From an uncultured Porphyromonadaceae bacterium (GTDB lineage: Bacteria; Bacteroidota; Bacteroidia; Bacteroidales; Barnesiellaceae_A): a DNA stretch of 64,000 bases. Numbering within the stretch: the first letter of the stretch is position 1; each line of letters starts with the position of its first letter. Location: NCBI GenBank assembly GCA_937891845.1, contig CALATP010000053.1, positions 3,709 to 67,708 on the forward strand. Reading direction: 5' to 3'. The notes beneath the pieces were generated by a model that was given only the letters and a program-made list of their open reading frames with translations, made no database searches and had not been told where the DNA came from. A program made the position numbers and the translations under genes. This document shows, in pieces, positions 1 through 7,028 of this stretch.

Positions 1-92
1 ATATTCTCTCTTTAGCAAAAGATGACGAACTCGGTATGGCGTTGCAAGATATGAATTTGCCACAGCGTGAAAGGGCGTCTAAAAAGGAGTAG
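1..92 (+). CDS. 3' end of an upstream ORF cut by the window edge; possibly the antitoxin/regulator partner of the downstream HipA kinase (identity not determinable)
   Basis: Frame 3 is open from the window edge to TAG at 90-92 (..ILSLAKDDELGMALQDMNLPQRERASKKE*). It ends 6 nt before the hipA ATG. Only 29 codons are visible. Confidence 0.3.
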   Translation, partial: ILSLAKDDELGMALQDMNLPQRERASKKE

Positions 93-98
93 TAGGCT

Positions 99-1358
99 AT
101 GAAGAAATTGTATGTATATGCCGATTTTGATTGGCTCAAGGATATTGAACTCATTGGAGAACTTGGCTACGAATCGCTTCGTGGCTCGGACAGTTATAGT
201 TTCAAGTTTGCCGATAGTTGGATTAAAAAATATAATGCCATCACCTTAAGTGAAGATCTTAACAACTATCCGGGGATACAATATACCCAACCGAATAAAG
301 ATATCTTCGGCTGCTTTGCCGATGCACTGCCAGACAGATGGGGGCGCACTCTTCTCCTCCGTCGTGAACAAATTTTGGCACAAGAGGAGAGCAGACCAGT
401 TCGCCGACTATCATCGTTTGACTTCTTGACGGGTATTGATGACTTTTCCCGTATGGGCGGATTCCGTTTCAAAGAAACGCCTGATGGTGAGTTCATAAAC
501 GCTGACAACTCTTTGCGTATTCCACCATTGACAGACTTGCGTGAACTCATTGCAGCGAGTAAAGAGATTGAGAAAAGTGAGGAGACCAATGCACTCCCCG
601 AAAAAAGATGGATTGCTCAACTTGTGCAACCGGGCTCTTCGCTCGGTGGTGCTCGCCCCAAAGCAAATGTTGTAGATACGGACCGCAGTATATATGTCGC
701 AAAGTTCCCATCATTGAAGGATGACTACGATGCAGGATTGTGGGAACATCTCTGCCATCTATTAGCCAAAAATGTGGGCATAAACGCTGCCGAAACAAAG
801 GTGATTAAAACAAACGATAAGCATCACACGCTTCTTTCTCGTCGTTTTGATAGAACGGATAGCGGCAAACGAATACATTTTGCATCTGCAATGACATTGC
901 TCGGGTTAAATGATGGCGACAACGCTACAACAGGACACGGATATATTGACATTGTTGATTTTATCATTAGCGGTTGCACCGATGTTGACGCGAACTTGCG
1001 AGAACTATTCCGCCGAGTTGCATTCAATATATGTGTCGGCAATAGCGACGACCATTTCCGCAATCATGGTTTTTTACTTACTGCAAAAGGTTGGACTCTT
1101 TCGCCTGCATACGATATGAACCCGACACTGAACGACCATCAAAGTTTGCTCATTAATAGCAAGACCAACAAAGCAGATTTGTCAATTCTGCTTGACTCGT
1201 GCGAGGAGTATATGCTCACCCCAGAGGTTGCCAAGGGCATAATCAACGAGGTTGTAACTGCTGTCAAAGATTGGCGAGTATTAGCAAATAGATTGGGTAT
1301 TGCCAAGCGAGAAATGAGTTTGTTTGAAGGTGTGTTTGATAATAGGATTAAGTTATAA
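99..1358 (+). CDS. hipA: HipA-family serine/threonine kinase toxin (type II TA), full length with N-terminal coupling domain
   Basis: 419-aa ORF. Motifs: SSLGGARPKANV (HipA P-loop-like), RRVAFNICVGNSDDHFRNHGFLL (catalytic D-x-H-x-x-N loop), SPAYDMNP. AAGGAG at 84-89 lies upstream of the ATG. Confidence 0.85.
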   Translation: MKKLYVYADFDWLKDIELIGELGYESLRGSDSYSFKFADSWIKKYNAITLSEDLNNYPGIQYTQPNKDIFGCFADALPDRWGRTLLLRREQILAQEESRPVRRLSSFDFLTGIDDFSRMGGFRFKETPDGEFINADNSLRIPPLTDLRELIAASKEIEKSEETNALPEKRWIAQLVQPGSSLGGARPKANVVDTDRSIYVAKFPSLKDDYDAGLWEHLCHLLAKNVGINAAETKVIKTNDKHHTLLSRRFDRTDSGKRIHFASAMTLLGLNDGDNATTGHGYIDIVDFIISGCTDVDANLRELFRRVAFNICVGNSDDHFRNHGFLLTAKGWTLSPAYDMNPTLNDHQSLLINSKTNKADLSILLDSCEEYMLTPEVAKGIINEVVTAVKDWRVLANRLGIAKREMSLFEGVFDNRIKL

Positions 1359-1375
1359 GATTAAGGAGGTTTATT

Positions 1376-1777
1376 ATGTACGATGACAACAATGATATAA
1401 AGAAAAGACAAGTAGAAGTTCTCAAAGAAGGTTTAGAACTACAGAATGATGTAAACGAATTTGCAAAAGAAATAAATAAGGGCATTTCTGATATAAACTA
1501 TGCTTTATTTGGTAATAATATAGTACAGATGCGTGAGTGTGCTATTTCAATTAAAAGAAAATACCCACTATTTTATTGTTATCTCCCTAAGCAAGTTCTT
1601 CCATTCATACCTTCTATTCCAATTGAAGATATGGAATATGGACAAATACGCACAGTCCTTATAGCAGAGATTAATGCACTGCGAAATATGGTAGATGATT
1701 ATGGATTATCGCAAGGTATTAAGAAGGGTTTAGAACTTGCAGTAAAATGGCGTATAGAAGATATTATGAAAAAATAA
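1376..1777 (+). CDS. hypothetical protein (133 aa, predicted helical), apparently co-transcribed with hipA
   Basis: ORF starts 17 nt after the hipA stop and is preceded by AAGGAGG at 1363-1369. No recognisable family. Confidence 0.5.
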   Translation: MYDDNNDIKKRQVEVLKEGLELQNDVNEFAKEINKGISDINYALFGNNIVQMRECAISIKRKYPLFYCYLPKQVLPFIPSIPIEDMEYGQIRTVLIAEINALRNMVDDYGLSQGIKKGLELAVKWRIEDIMKK

Positions 1778-1791
1778 GATTGCAGTTCCCA

Positions 1792-1821
1792 TTTGTATAT
1801 AACAATAATTATATACCTTTG
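1792..1821 (+). promoter_or_regulatory. candidate Bacteroides-type promoter (TTTG N18 TAccTTTG)
   Basis: TTTG at 1792-1795 and TACCTTTG at 1814-1821, in an ORF-free gap and about 170 nt upstream of a terminator hairpin. Confidence 0.3.
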
Positions 1822-1992
1822 CATCAAAGTAGGAACTCGACTCTGCGAGACACTGCAAAATGGTGCAGAATTTAGGTGGAGCAATAGCGGGAGATTACGT
1901 TTGTTGCGATTCTTTAACGCAAAGATATAGAGCCATTTAGAAATGAAACTCGTTTTCTGGTGGCACCACAGCAAAGAAAAGCAAAACAACGT

Positions 1993-2032
1993 AAAATCCT
2001 GATTTTCAACGAAAATCGGGATTTTTTATTTT
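1993..2032 (+). terminator. rho-independent terminator-like hairpin
   Basis: 14-bp stem, AAAATCCTGATTTT (1993-2006) / AAAATCGGGATTTT (2012-2025), with one G-U pair and loop CAACG, followed by TTATTTT. Confidence 0.6.
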
Positions 2033-2429
2033 CTCATCCTGACAATACATCTTACACTTCACACTCCCCCAACTACAATGATAGAGATATCTTAGATGAA
2101 ACAATACGCAAAGTTTGTAATTATTATGAATACAATGTAAGTGAACACAATTTACTAGTAAATTTGCTACTAAATATTTTTGAGTGCAAAAATTGAGCAA
2201 CTTACCACAATAGAAACAGAACTACTATAAAAAATGCAGCAATAGTTAATAAAATTTCAAAACCAAAGTTTGTTGCAGAATAAAATGTCTATGTTTATAG
2301 AATATAGACAGCTTTCGCTATGAAAATATTTAAGCGAGCTCAATCATTCTCGCTTGTTTATTACTATATTTGCCATAAAATGATTGCAAGAAAAACTCCT
2401 GTGTTTATAATGTTTCTTTATTACATAGT

Positions 2430-3542
2430 ATGGAATATAGTATAGGATTCAAAGATTTACCATTCATTCCCGAGGCGAATCAAGTTGTTTATGTCGAAAA
2501 TACATTTGACAAGAGGGTTAATGATTTTGTTATACACAATTATGACCTATTGTGTGCTGAATTCATAAAGCACAAGTTGGACTTTGTCTATCTTCCATTT
2601 TATTTCAATACACCCACACAGGAAGAGAAGGTGCGGTATTATGTTCCGTATTTAGTTTCTCAAATAAATAAACTAGGTACTATAAGCAACTCTTTTTTGC
2701 TCAACTATATGGCGCGTCCCGAGAATAGGTCCAAGATACAGCCATCTCTTCTTTCCTATTCACAAAAAGAAGATGCCGAGTGGATTTTCTCGGGGTTTAC
2801 TCTTGATGATATGATTGACGACAATGCAGATGTATCATCTATTGTCGAAAGAGTAATAGGCAAGAGGAAGGGGGTAGAAGAATATAAAATGGCTGATATT
2901 CGCTTCAGATCTGTAAGTGAAGACGACATATTAAGTGATGCGAATGAACAAGCTAATCACAAAGCTAAGATTATGATGCATAGATTAGATTTGGGATCGC
3001 TTTTTGGTAAAGAGTATACCGACGAACAGGATGCTGAAGATGATATAGACAGGATATTAATTGACCTAAAAACTACCATAGAGACCTTAAGACTGCGAGG
3101 AGTGGCATTGGGCGCAATACACGAATTTATAGACAAGCAAGAACCTATATCACCGCTTGTGATAACAGAAGACTTGCGTCTATTTCTGCCATTATACAAT
3201 AATATAGAGATAGAATTGAGTGCGCAGAAAAAGGCTTTGTTCTTCTTATTTCTGAATCATCCCGAAGGTATTGTGTTGCAGCGTTTGGATGAGTATCATA
3301 GCGAGTTGATGAATTACTACAAGCAGACTAATAAAGGTGTGCTTACCCCTAAAATGGAAAGGAGTATGAGAAGACTTGAGGAGTATGGGAATAACCAATT
3401 ATATGTAGTAATTGCTCGCATCCGAGAGGCTTTTTGTACAAAATTTGATGAGCGGTTGGCTCGCAATTATTATATTAGCGGCGAGAAGGGACTGCCCTAT
3501 AGTATACCTCTCAATCCCGACTTGATTAAATGGGAGGATTGA
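2430..3542 (+). CDS. hypothetical protein (370 aa), ORFan; acidic central region
   Basis: Long ORF with coding-like composition, own upstream TATATTTG box (2365-2372) and own terminator (3573-3606). No family recognised. Confidence 0.55.
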   Translation: MEYSIGFKDLPFIPEANQVVYVENTFDKRVNDFVIHNYDLLCAEFIKHKLDFVYLPFYFNTPTQEEKVRYYVPYLVSQINKLGTISNSFLLNYMARPENRSKIQPSLLSYSQKEDAEWIFSGFTLDDMIDDNADVSSIVERVIGKRKGVEEYKMADIRFRSVSEDDILSDANEQANHKAKIMMHRLDLGSLFGKEYTDEQDAEDDIDRILIDLKTTIETLRLRGVALGAIHEFIDKQEPISPLVITEDLRLFLPLYNNIEIELSAQKKALFFLFLNHPEGIVLQRLDEYHSELMNYYKQTNKGVLTPKMERSMRRLEEYGNNQLYVVIARIREAFCTKFDERLARNYYISGEKGLPYSIPLNPDLIKWED

Positions 3543-3572
3543 TTCCTTAATAAGAAAACGTATTAAAAACAT

Positions 3573-3606
3573 AAAGCAAGCTTTGCAAGGCTTGCTTTTT
3601 TGTTTT
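3573..3606 (+). terminator. rho-independent terminator
   Basis: AAAGCAAGC (3573-3581) / GCTTGCTTT (3590-3598), 9-bp stem, followed by a T-run. Confidence 0.65.
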
Positions 3607-3623
3607 CCTCGTCATTATCGGTA

Positions 3624-3674
3624 TATATCAATACATTTGCAATACAACTCTTAGTTGTTAAATGTATTGATATA
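3624..3674. promoter_or_regulatory. 51-nt composite palindrome (15-bp perfect arms plus inner 6-bp stem) overlapping a -7-like box; candidate operator
   Basis: TATATCAATACATTT (3624-3638) is the exact reverse complement of AAATGTATTGATATA (3660-3674). Inner stem is ACAACT (3644-3649) / AGTTGT (3653-3658). TACATTTG at 3632-3639 lies inside the left arm. The next ATG is at 3701. Confidence 0.6.
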
Positions 3675-3700
3675 AAAATAAATAGAAAAGAATACTAACT

Positions 3701-5062
3701 ATGAATATTATTTACTCAAAAAAGGATTCTGTCGACAAAGAGCAGGCCAATTGGATACGACAAATGGAGTATATACATAGTCTATGTGTTGATTTTCGAT
3801 TGTCTTGCTATAACTATAATGGCAAATGGGGTGTATGGCAAACCTTAAGAGATGAAAGAATACTTGTAGATCCATTGAGTTTGGTAAATTCATTGTTTGT
3901 TGATGATACCTACAGCATCTTTATATCGGATGAAGCACAGAAACGCAGCTCGTGTTGGGTGGATATACGCAAGGATTTTTTCTGTATGACTTGGAACACA
4001 AACCACCCTGACTCTCCGATAAAAAAGCAGTTAATGTTCCGATTTGATGAGTATATAGCCCAAATAGCAACATCAGTTGGGCAACTCTATGATGTGATGA
4101 AAGCTGGAGAGACCGTATGTTATAATAGGTATGACCTAAATCTTGAAGCACTTGAGACAGCTGTAGCTCAATTGAGAATAAAGTCGGTACAACCCAATGT
4201 GTATCGTTTAAGAGCCTGCGACGTGGTGGAAGAGCGGTTCGATTTTACTCCATTATGTAGTGATGAATACCGCATAGGCATAGGAGATAGGCACTTTACA
4301 ACATTTATGGTTGGCGACCTAGAGTTGATACGCTATCAACTTGAAAGTATTTTTTATGGCGAAAATGCCACAATTAAAGTTGCCTATGAATATGATGAGA
4401 CAGTAATGAAGATTGAACATAGAAGTATATTGGATGAGATAATTCGTACAAATGAGGGCTATCGGTATACATACAAAGATTATGCAAAGGTAACGATACA
4501 ACCCAATTCCTTTGTACAAACACCAATAATAGCAGGCTATTGCAACTATACAGATACTATCCGTACATTCTATGAGGGATTGTTGCGTATGGCATTACTT
4601 CACGACAAAAAGGAGTATGATTATATTCCCGGGTGCATAGAGGCGTATAATATGTGTAAATCGCCTTTGATAGAAACTTTCTTGAACAACAATAAACGAG
4701 ATAGTTGTAAATCGAGCATAAGGCAGGTGCGAATAAAGGAAATTGTAACCATAAGCCCCGATTATGATTATTTTCTAATAAATCAGGAAAATTATACCAT
4801 CGACCTTGGAGATTTGCCTGATGAACAAGGCAACCCAATAGTAATGCCAGAGTTGGAAACGTGGCAAAGCGAGATAAAGCATCTTATTGTCGAGGCCGCA
4901 GTGGGTAGAGATGTATTTTTCGATTGGGCTGACTGGCACAGGCGTGGCATAGAACTTGCCAAACGGTTACGTAAGCAATTGACTACATACTATGATTTGT
5001 GGTACAGTGCACCAAGCGAAGATAAAAGCGGTATAATAAAAGACAAGATTCTAATTATATAA
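3701..5062 (+). CDS. hypothetical protein (453 aa); long member of an island-specific paralog family with a conserved C-terminal module
   Basis: Residues ~190-440 align by eye with the 355-aa protein at 7744-8811 (GDRHF..ELIRYQLESI / FYEGLLRMAL / YNMCKSPLIETFL / IDLGDL..PELETW..DWADWHRRGIELAKRLRKQL..YDLWY). Confidence 0.7.
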   Translation: MNIIYSKKDSVDKEQANWIRQMEYIHSLCVDFRLSCYNYNGKWGVWQTLRDERILVDPLSLVNSLFVDDTYSIFISDEAQKRSSCWVDIRKDFFCMTWNTNHPDSPIKKQLMFRFDEYIAQIATSVGQLYDVMKAGETVCYNRYDLNLEALETAVAQLRIKSVQPNVYRLRACDVVEERFDFTPLCSDEYRIGIGDRHFTTFMVGDLELIRYQLESIFYGENATIKVAYEYDETVMKIEHRSILDEIIRTNEGYRYTYKDYAKVTIQPNSFVQTPIIAGYCNYTDTIRTFYEGLLRMALLHDKKEYDYIPGCIEAYNMCKSPLIETFLNNNKRDSCKSSIRQVRIKEIVTISPDYDYFLINQENYTIDLGDLPDEQGNPIVMPELETWQSEIKHLIVEAAVGRDVFFDWADWHRRGIELAKRLRKQLTTYYDLWYSAPSEDKSGIIKDKILII

Positions 5063-5070
5063 AGAAGGAA

Positions 5071-5535
5071 GTGACTATAAAAGAGAGGATTATTAAATTT
5101 ATCAAAAGAAAGGATATTACGCAGAAGTTTTTTTGTGACAAGTTGGGTGTGTTGCATAATTACATTACAACCATTAACAAGTCTATACCATCTGATAGAT
5201 TGGTCCAGATAATAGAGCTATACCCAGACCTCAATATAGATTGGTTGCTAACCGGTCAAGGAGAGATGCTGCGAGAGGTGAAGCAAAATGATAATGCACA
5301 ACCTGCTTTGTCGGTGGATGTGTTGGCTTATTTGCGCGAGAAAGATAGCGAACTCCGCGCAAAAGATGATGAGATAAGAGAGCTTCGTGCGCGTATAGAT
5401 GAACTTACACGCGAACTTCACGAACGCGAACTAGAGATTGTAGAACTTAAAAAAAGAGAACCACCTTGTGGCGAAGCGTGCCGATGTTGTGGCATCATCG
5501 CAAAAGGTTGGTTGAGAGTGAGGATAAAGGAATAA
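5071..5535 (+). CDS. helix-turn-helix protein of the phage CI-repressor-like type with a coiled-coil and a Cys-rich C-terminal tail
   Basis: N-terminus ..ITQKFFCDKLGVLHNYITTINK..IDWLLTGQGEML is typical of Bacteroidales CI-type HTH proteins. This is followed by a heptad-like ELRAKDDEIRELRARIDELTRELHERELEIVELKK and CGEACRCCG. GTG start at 5071, 8 nt after the preceding stop. Confidence 0.7.
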   Translation: MTIKERIIKFIKRKDITQKFFCDKLGVLHNYITTINKSIPSDRLVQIIELYPDLNIDWLLTGQGEMLREVKQNDNAQPALSVDVLAYLREKDSELRAKDDEIRELRARIDELTRELHERELEIVELKKREPPCGEACRCCGIIAKGWLRVRIKE

Positions 5536-5559
5536 ACAACCAATAAAAATAAAAAGGAT

Positions 5560-6096
5560 ATGAAAAAAGAATTAAAAGATTTAACAATAGCAGTTGGAGG
5601 CTTTATTTTAATTGAAGGATTGGGAATATTGGCAATTATGTTGTTGGATGGATTAGATGGCAAAATATATAGTGCGACAATTAAAGCAATTACAACGACA
5701 ATGGCTGCGTGTTTATGTGGATTGTGCTACTATGTTTACTCTGTGATTAAGTCTTTATTTAACCTCAAAATTAAAAAACACAGTTGTAAGCATCTCGAAA
5801 CAATATTACACAGCGGTTGTAAAACATTAGGGAAAGAGGAGGTGCAACAATTGTATGATATTGCATTTGGTGATAATGATGTTGCAATAGAATGGATGAA
5901 TGAAAACCAAGAAATAAGAAATAAGCTCAACAAGAAAATTCTATATTATGATTTGTCGCAAAGTGAAAAAGCGGAGTTAAAAGAAAAATATGATGTAATA
6001 AATAAAAGGTCGGATATTGTGTTTTATTTAAGGTTTTACAAAAGACAAAGTTATGAAGTTGATGAGATATACAATAAAATATTAAATCAATATTAA
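5560..6096 (+). CDS. hypothetical membrane protein (178 aa, two N-terminal TM helices, helical soluble C-terminus)
   Basis: Hydrophobic stretches IAVGGFILIEGLGILAIMLL and AITTTMAACLCGLCYYVYSVI. Tightly packed in the operon. Confidence 0.5.
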   Translation: MKKELKDLTIAVGGFILIEGLGILAIMLLDGLDGKIYSATIKAITTTMAACLCGLCYYVYSVIKSLFNLKIKKHSCKHLETILHSGCKTLGKEEVQQLYDIAFGDNDVAIEWMNENQEIRNKLNKKILYYDLSQSEKAELKEKYDVINKRSDIVFYLRFYKRQSYEVDEIYNKILNQY

Positions 6097-6098
6097 TT

Positions 6099-6344
6099 AT
6101 GAAAAAGATTATTATTACAATGTTAATGCTTATAGCCGGGATGTCCGGTATAGTAAGCGTCGATGCACAAGATTATGATGCATCGGCCAGTAAAGTGTGG
6201 ATATGTGTAAGTCCTAATGCCAAGCGTTACCATAGAGATTACGACTGCAAGGGATTGCAAAGCTGCAAGCACGACATTATAGAAGTGTCGGTAGCCGAAG
6301 CACAAGATAGAGGATTGACAAAGTGTAAAATGTGCTACGACTAA
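6099..6344 (+). CDS. small secreted Cys/His-rich protein (81 aa)
   Basis: Signal-peptide-like N-terminus MKKIIITMLMLIAGMSGIVSVDAQ. Mature part has a C..YH..YDC..L..C......A...G...C..C pattern resembling Ada-type/zinc-ribbon-like YHxxxC...CxxC motifs. Starts 2 nt after the upstream stop. Confidence 0.55.
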   Translation: MKKIIITMLMLIAGMSGIVSVDAQDYDASASKVWICVSPNAKRYHRDYDCKGLQSCKHDIIEVSVAEAQDRGLTKCKMCYD

Positions 6345-6368
6345 TGTGCTACCTTTTGTGCTACCTTT
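6345..6368. repeat. perfect 12-nt tandem duplication TGTGCTACCTTT x2
   Basis: Copies at 6345-6356 and 6357-6368, directly after the stop codon. A third TGTGCTAC lies at 6331-6338 inside the CDS end. Confidence 0.8.
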
Positions 6369-6511
6369 AGCTAATTATCGTTGTAAGTAATTGATAATAA
6401 ATATATTCTGATACTCCCCATAGGTGTACGAAGATTTAAGATAATTAGTAATTGTAACACGCTATAAATAAGATAGTTAAGCACATCTTGTTATAGTTTA
6501 AATTGGAGTTG

Positions 6512-6563
6512 TGACACACAAAAGGTAACACAGAATAACCCCAAATAACATCTTTGTGTGTCA
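6512..6563. repeat. 11-bp perfect inverted repeat with 30-nt spacer between the two island operons
   Basis: TGACACACAAA (6512-6522) / TTTGTGTGTCA (6553-6563), followed by TTTTG. Confidence 0.6.
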
Positions 6564-6657
6564 TTTTGTGATACCCCTAAAATTACTAATTATATATGAA
6601 GTTATACTAGACAAAGCATAGACTAATTGTAAATATACCATTAAAAAGGAGGATACT

Positions 6658-7014
6658 ATGGAAATCGAAAAAAGATGGATGAAAAAATGGATTGAGTGGT
6701 TGCTTAATATAAGCATTTTTTTGACTGCGTTTGATTTTATCAAGTTGCTTGTGGCAATTCAATATTTGACTGTTGTAGAACTTGTATTCAGCACTCTAAC
6801 TGGTGTGATGAGTATTGCCGGTTGCATTATGATACTCTACACACAAAAAAAGAGGTATGGAATAATATTATTCTTTACTAGTATTTTGCTATCATTGGTC
6901 ATCCTCTACAATGAGTGGTATCTAGTAGTAGGAAAACTTGCTTTATGGGGTATATTGCTTGGTGTAGTAAAATATAAAGGCAAGAGTGTTATTGAGGTTT
7001 GTTTTTCTGAATAG
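6658..7014 (+). CDS. hypothetical small membrane protein (118 aa, 3-4 TM)
   Basis: Strong AAGGAGG at 6646-6652. Hydrophobic segments (LLNISIFLTAFDFIKLLVAI, LTGVMSIAGCIMILY, GIILFFTSILLSLVILY, LALWGILLGVV). Confidence 0.5.
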   Translation: MEIEKRWMKKWIEWLLNISIFLTAFDFIKLLVAIQYLTVVELVFSTLTGVMSIAGCIMILYTQKKRYGIILFFTSILLSLVILYNEWYLVVGKLALWGILLGVVKYKGKSVIEVCFSE

Positions 7015-7028
7015 AATTTTATTGAGCT

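Noticed and set aside
1960-2196. 78-aa plus-strand ORF in the gap after the hipA operon.
   Set aside because: It reads straight through the 14-bp terminator hairpin, has a non-ATG start, and has no RBS or promoter logic.
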